Of a stretch of DNA of 64,000 nucleotides, positions 41,898 to 51,948 are shown in pieces; position 1 is the first letter of the stretch, and each line of letters opens with the position of its first letter. Under the pieces are notes generated by a model. The model worked only from the letters and a program-made list of their open reading frames with translations, did not search any database and was not told where the DNA came from. Where the stretch lies: contig CAYTFK010000002.1 in NCBI GenBank assembly GCA_964436865.1, positions 20,890 through 84,889 on the forward strand. Reading direction: 5' to 3'. The DNA comes from an uncultured Planctomycetaceae bacterium (GTDB lineage Bacteria; Planctomycetota; Planctomycetia; Pirellulales; Thermoguttaceae). A program made the translations under genes and the position numbers.

Positions 41898-44357
41898 ATG
41901 TTTCTTTCCCCCTGGTTTGCCATTGCGGGACTGGCGGCGGCGCTCGGGCCGGTGATTATTCACCTGCTCAATCGGCAGCGGTATCGCGTCGTCGAGTGGG
42001 CAGCCATGGATCTGTTGCGACAGGCGGCGACGCGCAACCGGCGGATCATGCGAATCCGCGACTTGCTCCTGCTGATCCTGAGGACCGCTGTGGTCGTGTT
42101 GTTTGGGCTGGCGATGGCACGGCCCTATCTCTCGACTGCAGCGAAGGCCGTTGAAGCCGATCAACCGGTGCACGCTGTGCTCCTGGTGGACAACAGCTTG
42201 AGCATGGGCTACCAGCGTCTCGAGGGCACTCTCCTGGACACGGCCAAGCAGAGGACCCGAGAGTTCATCGATCGATTGCCGCCGGGAAGCCGCATCTCGG
42301 TGCTGCCGATGTGCGGCCCGGCGGGCGAGTTTAGCCTGACCGGATATAGCACGGAGCAAGACGCCCTGGAAGCCCTCGACAGCATCAAATCGGTCGACCG
42401 CAGCGCACCGGCACTGGCGGCGATGGATCTGGCCCAAGAGGCCTGCCGCCGGGTGCCCACTCCGGTGGCGAAACAGATCGTGTTCATATCCGACCAGCAG
42501 GCGTCGAATTGGCCGGCCGAGATCAATCCAAGCCAGATCGAACGGTTGATGGCACCGGTGCAACTGGTCCAAGTGTCGCCCGATGAATGGGAGAACGCCT
42601 GGGTGGCAGGGTTGGAACTGCAGGACGGTATCGCCGATCTCTCCACGCCGGGCGTCTTCCTGGCCACGATCGCTTATCAAGGCCCCGCGCCGCGGCACGA
42701 CGTCCAGGTGACGCTTGCGCTCGACGGCCGGCCGGTAGCGGCGCAGACCATCGACCTCCATCCCGGCCAGGTCCGCGAGGTGCGGTTTCCCGACTGTGAG
42801 TTCGACACCACGGTGGAACCGGGGCGAGCGAACTTCGTGACGGCGGCGGTTTCTATCCCCCATGACCGCCTGCCGGGGGACGATGAGCGCGTGCTGTCGG
42901 TGCCGGTCGTGGCAGGGCTGCCGGTGGTGTTCGTCGATCAACTGGGCGATCGTGAAGATCGGCAGAGGAATCGGCTGGGAGAGACTTGCCGGCTGCGAAG
43001 GCTTTTGGCGCCAGGGACCGGCGCGGACAACGGCACGCGCCAACTGGTCCAGATCCGGCACCTGCGGATCGACCAGCTTGACCGACACGTGCTGCAAGAC
43101 GCTCGCCTGGTGGTGATTGCGGGCGTGGACGAGCCAGGCAATTCGGTCTCGCTGTTGCGGGAGTACCTTGAACAGGGAGGGTCGCTGGTCATCGGAGCGG
43201 GTGGAGACTTCAATCCGGCGGCATGGTCGGAGGCTGCCTGGCGCGAAGGGCTGGGCATTCTGCCGGCACCGCTCAAGCCGGTCGCCGTAGGGGGCGTACC
43301 GGGGGCTGCCGCCGGCGCGATCAAGCCGTTTCAGCTCGATACTCGTTCCATGATCCACGACTACTTCCAGCTTGAACAGACCTCGGCCAGCGAGCTGGAG
43401 GATCTCTACCGCCAGCCGTATTTCTTCAAGGCAGTGGAGGCCGATCTCAGCGAGTCGGTGATCGAAACGCTCGTCAGCCAGGTGAGTCGACAGGCCGCCG
43501 AGCGACGCAAGGTTCTGGACGACTGCTACGCAAGGCTGGAGGCGCTGGCTGAGCTCGAAGTGCGGCGTCCGCTCAGCGAGGAAGAACGCCACGAGCGGAC
43601 AACACTGGAATCGGAGCGCGACCAGACGCGGCCGCACTGGCTGCTGACCGGCGTGGCGGGCGGCCACGGCGACGGCTCGCTCTCGCCCGAGGAGACGGCC
43701 GAACGGTCGCGTCCGCGTGTGCTGGCACGTTTCAGCAACCAGGTGCCGTTCATGATCGAAAGGCAAATCGGTGCCGGCCGGGTGCTGTTCGTCTCCACCG
43801 GTGTGTACCGCGACTGGAACACCTTGACGACGACCCACGCCGTACTCATTCTCGACCGCATCTTCCGCCGCCTGCTCGAGATGACGCTGCCGGTGCGGAA
43901 CCTCGACACTGCAGGCCGGATCGTGCTGCCGGTGGCCGCCGAAGAGCGGCAGCACCAATTCCGGCTGGTGCAACCCGGCGGCAAGGAGTCGCCGTTGTCG
44001 GTCGACGCGCTCGGCCCGGAACGCTATGGCGTCATGGTAGAGAACCCCTCTGAACGAGGCGTTTACCAGGTCCAGGCACGGCCGGCGCAAGATACGCCAG
44101 GCGAGTCGTGGCAGGTTCGGCTTGCCGTGAACGGCCCGGCGTATGAATCGGATCTCACGCCCCTCGACGAGCAGGATCTCACCGAGCGGCTGGCCGGTTT
44201 CCGTTGGACCGCGACCGGTCAGATGATCACGCTCGCCGCGGCTCCGCGGGAAGGGCGCGATTTCTGGAAATGGCTCATCGTCGCCGTGATTGCCGGCCTG
44301 CTTGGTGAGCTGCTGTTCGTCGCCTGGCCATCGCTGCGCGGAGGGCGGGCGCCATGA
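41898..44357 (+). CDS. BatA-N-terminal-domain / vWA membrane protein
   Basis: Aerotolerance-regulator N-terminal signature (FLSPWFAIAGLAAALGPVIIHLLNRQR...). vWA MIDAS DxSxS (VDNSLS). C-terminal TM segment. Confidence 0.85.
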   Translation: MFLSPWFAIAGLAAALGPVIIHLLNRQRYRVVEWAAMDLLRQAATRNRRIMRIRDLLLLILRTAVVVLFGLAMARPYLSTAAKAVEADQPVHAVLLVDNSLSMGYQRLEGTLLDTAKQRTREFIDRLPPGSRISVLPMCGPAGEFSLTGYSTEQDALEALDSIKSVDRSAPALAAMDLAQEACRRVPTPVAKQIVFISDQQASNWPAEINPSQIERLMAPVQLVQVSPDEWENAWVAGLELQDGIADLSTPGVFLATIAYQGPAPRHDVQVTLALDGRPVAAQTIDLHPGQVREVRFPDCEFDTTVEPGRANFVTAAVSIPHDRLPGDDERVLSVPVVAGLPVVFVDQLGDREDRQRNRLGETCRLRRLLAPGTGADNGTRQLVQIRHLRIDQLDRHVLQDARLVVIAGVDEPGNSVSLLREYLEQGGSLVIGAGGDFNPAAWSEAAWREGLGILPAPLKPVAVGGVPGAAAGAIKPFQLDTRSMIHDYFQLEQTSASELEDLYRQPYFFKAVEADLSESVIETLVSQVSRQAAERRKVLDDCYARLEALAELEVRRPLSEEERHERTTLESERDQTRPHWLLTGVAGGHGDGSLSPEETAERSRPRVLARFSNQVPFMIERQIGAGRVLFVSTGVYRDWNTLTTTHAVLILDRIFRRLLEMTLPVRNLDTAGRIVLPVAAEERQHQFRLVQPGGKESPLSVDALGPERYGVMVENPSERGVYQVQARPAQDTPGESWQVRLAVNGPAYESDLTPLDEQDLTERLAGFRWTATGQMITLAAAPREGRDFWKWLIVAVIAGLLGELLFVAWPSLRGGRAP

Positions 44358-46801
44358 GTGTGTCCTCGCTCTTTGGCCGGCTGCTGGGACTGGAACAGGC
44401 GGAAGCGATCGAGCGAGTCGAGCCGTCTCTGGCGGCGCCGTGGGCTCGGGAATCGCCGGCATGGCTGGTGCTTGGCGGGATCGCGATGGCGGCGCTGGCA
44501 GTGGCTGTCTACGCCCGGTACCAGCCTACGCGGCGGCATCGTGCCCGGTGGGCGCTGGCGGTGGTGCGTGCGAGCCTGCTGTTGCTGTTGCTGATCATCC
44601 TCGCCGAGCCAGTGCTTGCGGTCCGCACGGTAAACCGCCTCCGTCCGGCGCTGTGGCTGCTGGTGGACGGCTCCGAGAGCATGTCAATCAGTGACGATCT
44701 GCCGGAGAGCGACCGCCTGCGGCTGGCCGCGGCGGCCGGCCTGGGGCAGGCATCGCGGCCCGAACGTGCCGCCGGGACCCCTTCGCGAATGGATTACCTG
44801 AAAGCCATGCTCCAGAGGCCGGACAGGAATGTGCTCCAGAGGCTGGAGGAGAGATTCCGCCTGCGAATCTTCCTGTTTGACCGCAACGACGGGGTGCGGG
44901 GGCTGGAATTGTCGAGCGGCAACGACCCCCGCCTTGATCCGGCACACATTGCCTCGCAGCTAACCGCGGTCGGCGACGTCACCGCGTTGGGCGCGGCAAT
45001 GGAGGATCTGGGCCGGCGCCAGAGCACGAGCAATGTCGCGGGTCTGGTTGTGTTCAGCGATTTCAACCAGAACTCGGGGCTTTCTCCGCTCGACGCGGCC
45101 AGGCGACTTGGCGTGAGCGTCTACACGGTGGGCATCGGTCCGGTGGCGGCGTTGGATCTGGCGGTCGATCTTCAGGTGCCGCCGCTGTTGAAGAAAGACG
45201 AACGGTCCCCGCTGACGGCGACCGTGCGTCAAGACGGGCTCGCCGGGCAAAGCGTGACGGTGAGATTCTTCAGCCGGGAACTGACGGCTGCCGGCAGCGA
45301 TGCACCGGCGATCGAAATCGGTCAACGTACAATCGACTTGCACGACGCGGTCGAAACGATCGAAATGCCGTACGTTCCGGCGACGACGGGACGCTATGTT
45401 CTGAGCGCCGAGATCGACGCGATTGAAGGCGAGGTGGTCGGGGAAAACAATCGCGCGTCCCGCGAGACGACCGTCCGCGACGACTATCTGCGGCTGCTGT
45501 ATGTGGAATACGAGCCTGCCTGGGAATGGCGCTTTGTCAAAGAGGTCTTCCATCGCGACAAGCTCGTCGGCCAGCGCGGTTTCCGGACCTTCCTCCGTTC
45601 GGCCGACCCCCGGGTGCGCGCGGCGAATGAGCTGTTTCTGACAACACTCACGCCGCCGCGAAGCGAGTTCTTCGCGCACGACGTGATCATCCTCGGCGAC
45701 ATGCCGGCATCAGCCCTGAGCCCCGGCTTCTGCCGTATGACCAGGGAGTACGTCGATCAGTTTGGCGGCGGGCTGGTGGTCGTCGCGGGGTCGCGATACG
45801 GACCTGGAGAGCTGGCCGGCACGCCGCTGGGCGATCTTCTGCCGGTGAAAGTCGATCCACACGCGAGGCGTCGGGATCGCCAGCCGTTCGAAATCGCACG
45901 GACGGCCGACGCCGCACAATACGATTTCATGCAGTTGGGTGCGAGCGATGCGGAGAATGCCAAGGCGTGGGGAAATCTGGGCCCGCTGGCGTGGTATCAG
46001 CCGATCGAACAACTGCGACCACTGGCCACCGCGCTCGCCGTACACCCGACCGACAAGTGTGGCGACGGTCAACAACCGCAGCCGATCATCGCCGCACAGT
46101 ACTACGGGCGCGGCGAGGTAGTCTACATCGGTTTCAACGAACTGTGGCGTCTGCGCAAGAAGTACGGGGAACAGTACTATCGCCAGTTCTGGGGCCAGTT
46201 GATCCACCGCCTTGCACTGCGACACGCCTTGGGAATCCAAAAACGGTTCGTGGTGCGAACCGATCGCAAGCAGTATCGGGCCGACGATCACGCGCTGGTT
46301 ACCGTTGAAGCCTATGACGCCGACTTCCGGCCGCTGGGGGAAGAGAAGCTCCCTGATGGCAAGCTGGAGGCGGAACTCATTCTGCCGTCGCGAAACTCGA
46401 TTGACGAGTCGGGCGCGCGCCCGCTGGCGGTGAGCCAGCTTCGCGAGGGAATCTATGAAGCCAGGGTTCCCGTCTTCGCGGGGGGCGAACATCGAATCCG
46501 TGTGCGGGACCCCATCACCGGCGAACCGGTAGAAGCGAGCTTCCGCGTGGTCAGCACTTCGATCGAGCGGCAGAGGGCGGTCCGCGACACCGCGCTGGCC
46601 GAGAGCCTGGCCAGTGCCACCGGAGGCCGAAGCTATGACCTGACGACGCTCGATCGGCTGCCGGACGAGATCGGCGCGTCAGCCAGGACGGAAACCAGCG
46701 TGGAAGTAGTGCCGCTCTGGAACACTTGGCTGACGTTTGTCGCCGTGGTCGGTTTGATGCTGGGCGAATGGTTCGGACGGAAATGGGTGAACCTGCCATG
46801 A
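44354..46801 (+). CDS. vWA-domain membrane protein with GATase1-like C-terminal region
   Basis: ATGA overlap with the upstream gene. Two N-terminal TM segments. MIDAS VDGSES. DVIILGD...GGGLVVVAG segment. C-terminal TM. Confidence 0.8.
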   Translation: MSVSSLFGRLLGLEQAEAIERVEPSLAAPWARESPAWLVLGGIAMAALAVAVYARYQPTRRHRARWALAVVRASLLLLLLIILAEPVLAVRTVNRLRPALWLLVDGSESMSISDDLPESDRLRLAAAAGLGQASRPERAAGTPSRMDYLKAMLQRPDRNVLQRLEERFRLRIFLFDRNDGVRGLELSSGNDPRLDPAHIASQLTAVGDVTALGAAMEDLGRRQSTSNVAGLVVFSDFNQNSGLSPLDAARRLGVSVYTVGIGPVAALDLAVDLQVPPLLKKDERSPLTATVRQDGLAGQSVTVRFFSRELTAAGSDAPAIEIGQRTIDLHDAVETIEMPYVPATTGRYVLSAEIDAIEGEVVGENNRASRETTVRDDYLRLLYVEYEPAWEWRFVKEVFHRDKLVGQRGFRTFLRSADPRVRAANELFLTTLTPPRSEFFAHDVIILGDMPASALSPGFCRMTREYVDQFGGGLVVVAGSRYGPGELAGTPLGDLLPVKVDPHARRRDRQPFEIARTADAAQYDFMQLGASDAENAKAWGNLGPLAWYQPIEQLRPLATALAVHPTDKCGDGQQPQPIIAAQYYGRGEVVYIGFNELWRLRKKYGEQYYRQFWGQLIHRLALRHALGIQKRFVVRTDRKQYRADDHALVTVEAYDADFRPLGEEKLPDGKLEAELILPSRNSIDESGARPLAVSQLREGIYEARVPVFAGGEHRIRVRDPITGEPVEASFRVVSTSIERQRAVRDTALAESLASATGGRSYDLTTLDRLPDEIGASARTETSVEVVPLWNTWLTFVAVVGLMLGEWFGRKWVNLP

Positions 46802-48510
46802 GCGAGCTGTCGATCCTCCATCGGCGACTGCGGCGGCTTCTGCGCCGTCGGCGCTGGATGCGCCGCGGCCTGGTAGCGGCAACCGCAGGGCTCGTGCTCC
46901 TATCGGTAACGGCGGCTCTCTTTCTGGCCGACTGGCTGCTCGAAATGAGCCGTCTCGAGCGGATGCTCGCCATGGCCGGAGCGGTGTTGCTCTCCGTTTT
47001 GGCCGTTCGTCGTTCTGTACGGCAGTGGCTCGGAAAGCGAGAAACAGAACTCGACGCGGCTTTGTGGGTGGAGAGACAGCAACAGATCGACAGCGAACTG
47101 GTGGCCGCACTGCAGTTCGAGTCGCCGCAGGCGGCCCAATGGGGCTCCGTCGAACTGGAACAGGCGGTGATTGGCCGCGCCGCCGCTATCGGCGCGAAAA
47201 TCGATGTGATGCAGGGCGTCTCCATCCGGCCGCTGGTTCGCCGGGGGCTCTGGCTGGCAGCGAGCGTTGCGGCGGCGGCGGCAGGGGTGTGGTTCTTTCC
47301 GCAACATGCGGCGACTTTTGCGGATCGCGTCCTGCTCGGAACGAACCGCTATCCGACCGCAACGAAGATCGATGCGCTGCGAATCAACGGCCAGTCGATC
47401 GCGCTTCGAGATGCTCAAGTGCGCGTGAAATGCCCGTATGGCCAGCCGGTTGACTTCGAGGCCGAGTGTTCCGGGCGATTGCCGCTCGCCGGGCGCGCCG
47501 AGCTGCGCACGCGGGTCGGAGGCACAATTTCGCTCGCCCTGGAACCCGGGTCGGCCGAACATGTGTATCGCGGGCTGCTTCCCCGGCTGGTGGAGAGTGT
47601 GGAATACGAGTTGTACCTGGGCGATGCCCGGACCGATCCCGGATCGCTGGATGTGGTGCCGCTGCCGGTGATTGATTTGGAACTGGTGGTGACACCGCCA
47701 CCCTATTCCGGGGCCAATGCGCCGCCCGCCGTGTTGGGCGGCCTGCGCCAAGCCGCGGTTTTGGAGGGCTCCCAGGTTGAATTGCGAATCGCCTCCGACA
47801 AGCCGCTCCGCCAGGCGACTCTGATGCTCGACGATCAGCCGTTCGAATTGACGTACCGTGAAGCCCGAGCGGAAGTGGCGACGGGCGAAGCGGGCGGGGT
47901 CTCGGCACTCCAGCGACGGAAGCATTGGACCCTCGCGACGGCCGGCACTCCCCTGGAAGCCGTCACGAATCCGGTACGGTACTCGATCCAGGTGACTGAC
48001 ACGGACGGGTTGGGACTCGAACGGCCGCTTAGCGGAGTGATTCGCATCAAGCCCGACGATCCGCCACGAATTGTCGCCAGCGCGGTGACGCGGCACGTAT
48101 TGCCGGCGGCGAGGCCGACGATCCTGTTCGAGGCCGACGACGATCATGGTTTGGCTCGCGTAGTGGTCCGGCCTGAGGTCACGCGGGCCGACGGCCAGGT
48201 CGTGGCGACGGAGGTTCTGCCCGTATTCGTCCACGAGGAGAGTAGTGCATTGAGGACATCGATCCAGGAATCCTATCGCCTCGATCTTGCGCCGCTGGAA
48301 CTTGCCAAGGGGGACCAGGTGAAGATTGTCCTGGAGGCCGCAGACTATCGTGGATCGCGGCAGGGGAAGGTTGCTCAGACGGAACCGATCGTGTTCGAGG
48401 TCACTGACGAACAGGGGATTCTGGCGGCGCTCAGCGAATCGGACCGCGAGTCGGCCCGACAACTGCAGACGATGATTGACCGGCAACTCGATGTGGGAGA
48501 AGAACCATGA
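46798..48510 (+). CDS. membrane-anchored protein, unknown function (beta-rich extracytoplasmic region)
   Basis: ATGA overlap with the upstream gene. Arg-rich N-terminus followed by two TM segments. No catalytic motif. Confidence 0.7.
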   Translation: MSELSILHRRLRRLLRRRRWMRRGLVAATAGLVLLSVTAALFLADWLLEMSRLERMLAMAGAVLLSVLAVRRSVRQWLGKRETELDAALWVERQQQIDSELVAALQFESPQAAQWGSVELEQAVIGRAAAIGAKIDVMQGVSIRPLVRRGLWLAASVAAAAAGVWFFPQHAATFADRVLLGTNRYPTATKIDALRINGQSIALRDAQVRVKCPYGQPVDFEAECSGRLPLAGRAELRTRVGGTISLALEPGSAEHVYRGLLPRLVESVEYELYLGDARTDPGSLDVVPLPVIDLELVVTPPPYSGANAPPAVLGGLRQAAVLEGSQVELRIASDKPLRQATLMLDDQPFELTYREARAEVATGEAGGVSALQRRKHWTLATAGTPLEAVTNPVRYSIQVTDTDGLGLERPLSGVIRIKPDDPPRIVASAVTRHVLPAARPTILFEADDDHGLARVVVRPEVTRADGQVVATEVLPVFVHEESSALRTSIQESYRLDLAPLELAKGDQVKIVLEAADYRGSRQGKVAQTEPIVFEVTDEQGILAALSESDRESARQLQTMIDRQLDVGEEP

Positions 48511-51500
48511 ACCCGCGGGGCCGAGCCATGCTGTTATTGCTGGCAGCGCTGATCTGCGCGCCGGCTTTGGGTCAGGTGGATCGGCGTGGCACGGCGAAGC
48601 AGGAGTTGCAGGCCCAGGTGCGGCGGATGGCCCGCGACCTGGTAGGCGGGGTGCTCGACGTGCAAATCCTGCAGCTCGAGGAAAACGGGCTCACCGGGCT
48701 GGATCTCTATCGCGACATCCGCGACATGCGCGCGCATCTCGACGAATTGATCGAAGCAGAAATGCCCGAGGTGATCGCGATTCTGGACCGCATCGAGCCG
48801 TCCCCCGCGGCCGAGCGCGACAAACTTCTGCAGGCGGCGCGGCAGCAGAGCCGCGAGATCCTCGTCCGATTGCTGGCCGAGCGTCAGAATCTGCTTCGAC
48901 GGCTGCGGATCGCGGAGATGGCGGCGCAGGTGCTGCGGCTGATCGAAATGCAGAGCGCGGTGCTGGAGGCTACGCGTTCGCTGCCCGAGCGGGCCGCATC
49001 CGAGCGCGAGGCGACGGTGGTGGCGGCGATCGAGGATTCTCGCGACATCAAGGTGGTCTATCTGGGGCTCAAGCAGACGCTGCATGACGTGAGCACCTGG
49101 GGGGGCCCGGTGGCGGGCGAGGCCGCGGAAGGGTTGCGGCTCCTGGAACGAGGGCGCGTCGACGCAGAGATGAATGCCGCCGCGCAAGCGCTCGGCAATG
49201 CCGATTTTGCGGCGTCGGCCGCCAGTCAGGAGGCGGTGATCCGCGGCTTGAGATCGCTTCTGGAGACACTTCGGCGGGCTCAAGGGCTTGTGGAAGGCGA
49301 CCAGAACGCCATGCGGAACATGCTGCGGTCGATCTCCCAGCGACAGGAGGAGATTCGGCAGGCGACCAGCCAACCGGATCTCGCTCCGACGGAGATAGAA
49401 AGACTGGTCGAAGAGCAGTCGCAAGTCCGTTCCAGCCTGGCCGAGGCTGCCGAGGAGCTCGGGGCGTCAGAAGCCCGGCAATCGCTCCAACGGGCAGAAG
49501 CCGCTGCCGCCGAGGCCGCCGCCCGGCTGTTTGAAGACCAGCCCCAGGATGCTTTGTCCCAGCAGGACCAGGTGCTCGCCGAGTTGGCCCGCGTGGAACA
49601 GCAATTGAATGAGGCGGGAGTCGACACGCCGCCTGCAGAGTCAGTTGCTTCCCGTGAGTGGAACGAGCGTGCCGGCGATCTGGCTGCGGCCAAGGAAGAT
49701 GTCGAACGAATTCGAAAACAGCAGGAGGGAGCATCCCTGGCGGTTCACGACAAGCCGGTGGAGGCCGCAAAGCAGGAAGAACAGATTGCCGCCGGACTGG
49801 CCGAGGTGCCGTCAAACCGGCAATTGCCTGCACAGGTCGACGCCGCCTTGGCTGCCGCCGAGCGGGCCGCGCGCGATGCGGCCGGCCGCATGGACCAACC
49901 GCAGCAGCAACGCGCGGAGGCTGCCAGGCGGGCCGAACGGGCCATCCAGCAGGCTGCCTCCGAGATCGACGCCGCGCTGGCCGACGCCCAGCGTCAAGAG
50001 ATCGCCAGCCGGATTGGCGAACTGGCCCAGGCGGCGGCTGCGCTAGACCATGCCGCAGCCCAGCAACGCGGCATCGCCGGTGAGGCCCATGTGGCCGCAG
50101 AAGGGACCGGCCTGAAAGCCAGCCAGGCCCAAGAGCTGGGCGAGCAGCAATCAGAAGTCCGGGAGAACGTCGAGGCGACAGCGAAAGGTCTCATTGAGAC
50201 GGCCCCGACAGCGGCCGCAAAGGCCCAGGCGGCCCAGCCGATGATGCAAGCGACCCAAGATCAATTGGCCGCAGCCAGCCGGCAGCCGGGCGAACCATCG
50301 AAACCGGCGGCTCGGCAATCGGCTGAACATGCAAGCCAGGCGGCGAGCCTCTTGCACGAGGCGGCCCGCGAAGTCCGCCGGGTGATGCAGGAGCAGGCAC
50401 GCCAGTTGGCCGCGTTGAGCGGTGAACAACTGGATGTGGCCAACGACGCCCGGCGAGCGGTCGAACAGGCCGTGGATCAACGAACCGAGTCGATTGGCAA
50501 ACGGCTCGAACAGTTGTCGGCGGCTTCCCGCAAGGTGCGCGAGGCTTCCGCCGAGCAGCAGCGCGCCGGCGGTCGCCCGGACGCGGCCCGAGCAATGGAA
50601 CTGGCGGCGGCGATTGAAGAGGCACTGCGGCAACAAGAGCAGGCCGACCGAGCGGCAAGTGAAATGGAGGCCTCCGAGAGCAGGTCGCCGCTGGATGCTA
50701 TCGGCGCGCAGCAAGCGGTCGCCGATGCCGCGCAGAACCTTGCCGAGCAGGCCGGCGGGGAGCGGCCGGAGACGACTGCACTTCGCCACGCCCGGCAGGC
50801 AGCAGACGACGCGGTCCGCGGCTTGCTCGACTCGCGTCCTTCCGAGGCCCAGGCGGCTCGGAGTCTGGCCCGCCGGTCGCTCGAGACGGCGATTGAGGCA
50901 GCCCGGGCGGCCGTGGCGGAGGCGACGAAGAAGCCACCGGGCGAGGTCGATCCTTCCGCGCAGCAGCGCGTGAGCAAATCGGCGGCCGAGGCTGGCGAAT
51001 TGGCCGCTCAAGACGCCCCCGCTGCCGCCGGCACACTGGCCGAGGCGCAACAACATTCCGACGACGCGCGGCGGACGGCCAGCAACGGAGACGTCGACAC
51101 CGCGCGGCAGTCGCAGGCCGAGACGGCAGGGCTCCTGGAAAGGGCAGCACGAGAAATTGCCGAGGCCGAACAACGACTGGCCGAGCAGGCCGCGCTCCAG
51201 CTAGCCAACCAAGCCGTACAGTCGAGACAACTGGCCGACCGCAGCCTGCCGGTTGACCCGGCAGCGCATGCAGCGCTGCAGTCGGCCGAAAGGCAGGCAC
51301 AAACGGCCGCCGGACGCGTGCCTCAGGCGCCCCAGCAGGCGCTGCCGGCCGAGAAAGCCACCGCCGAGGCATTCGACCGCGCCGTGGGAGAATTGGCGGC
51401 CCGCGAGCAGGAACTTGCTCGCGACAAGAGCCTCGCCGAGCAACTGGCCCTTCTTCTCGAGCAACTGCTCGATCCCACGACGGCCCAATCCACGGCGACC

Positions 51501-51923
51501 TATCCGCCTCTCAGCGATTCCGAACAGACAATGCTCCAGCAGCTTCTGGCGGCGCTATTGCAACAAGCGGCTCCTCCCGGCTTGTCTGCGGCTACCGAAA
51601 ACACCGACTCGCCGACGCCGCAATCTGCCGACGGCGCTCAGGCGATGGCGGCGGACGCGAACCGGCCGTCCAGTGCAATGCCGCCAGCCGCAGCGAACCT
51701 TCCGGCGACGTCGGCATCCGCCATGGCGAACGGAGCGCGACAGGCGTCCGCCGCTGGACAAGGAAGCGGCGACGCGGACGCCAGCGGGCCGCCGTTTGCC
51801 GATGAGCCGTGGTTCCTCGAGCTGCCACCGGAGGTTCGCAATGCGATGCGCGCCAACGCCCAGCAGCGCCCGCCGCGCGGATACGAAGAAAAGCTCCAAC
51901 GCTACTTCAGAAACATCGATTGA
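48507..51923 (+). CDS. 1138-aa exported Ala/Gln/Glu-rich coiled-coil protein
   Basis: ATGA overlap with the upstream gene. Signal peptide MLLLLAALICAPALG. Nearly continuous low-complexity helical sequence. Conserved-looking C-terminal end (PPRGYEEKLQRYFRNID). Confidence 0.7.
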   Translation: MNPRGRAMLLLLAALICAPALGQVDRRGTAKQELQAQVRRMARDLVGGVLDVQILQLEENGLTGLDLYRDIRDMRAHLDELIEAEMPEVIAILDRIEPSPAAERDKLLQAARQQSREILVRLLAERQNLLRRLRIAEMAAQVLRLIEMQSAVLEATRSLPERAASEREATVVAAIEDSRDIKVVYLGLKQTLHDVSTWGGPVAGEAAEGLRLLERGRVDAEMNAAAQALGNADFAASAASQEAVIRGLRSLLETLRRAQGLVEGDQNAMRNMLRSISQRQEEIRQATSQPDLAPTEIERLVEEQSQVRSSLAEAAEELGASEARQSLQRAEAAAAEAAARLFEDQPQDALSQQDQVLAELARVEQQLNEAGVDTPPAESVASREWNERAGDLAAAKEDVERIRKQQEGASLAVHDKPVEAAKQEEQIAAGLAEVPSNRQLPAQVDAALAAAERAARDAAGRMDQPQQQRAEAARRAERAIQQAASEIDAALADAQRQEIASRIGELAQAAAALDHAAAQQRGIAGEAHVAAEGTGLKASQAQELGEQQSEVRENVEATAKGLIETAPTAAAKAQAAQPMMQATQDQLAAASRQPGEPSKPAARQSAEHASQAASLLHEAAREVRRVMQEQARQLAALSGEQLDVANDARRAVEQAVDQRTESIGKRLEQLSAASRKVREASAEQQRAGGRPDAARAMELAAAIEEALRQQEQADRAASEMEASESRSPLDAIGAQQAVADAAQNLAEQAGGERPETTALRHARQAADDAVRGLLDSRPSEAQAARSLARRSLETAIEAARAAVAEATKKPPGEVDPSAQQRVSKSAAEAGELAAQDAPAAAGTLAEAQQHSDDARRTASNGDVDTARQSQAETAGLLERAAREIAEAEQRLAEQAALQLANQAVQSRQLADRSLPVDPAAHAALQSAERQAQTAAGRVPQAPQQALPAEKATAEAFDRAVGELAAREQELARDKSLAEQLALLLEQLLDPTTAQSTATYPPLSDSEQTMLQQLLAALLQQAAPPGLSAATENTDSPTPQSADGAQAMAADANRPSSAMPPAAANLPATSASAMANGARQASAAGQGSGDADASGPPFADEPWFLELPPEVRNAMRANAQQRPPRGYEEKLQRYFRNID

Positions 51924-51948
51924 ACCGAACTCAGCGAGAGAACAGACC

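Noticed and set aside
41766-44462. 898-aa minus-strand ORF antisense to the BatA_N-vWA gene (likewise 46900-48486 and 51931-53121)
   Set aside because: Shadow ORFs. The plus-strand frames carry BatA_N, MIDAS and MoxR motifs and are translationally coupled.
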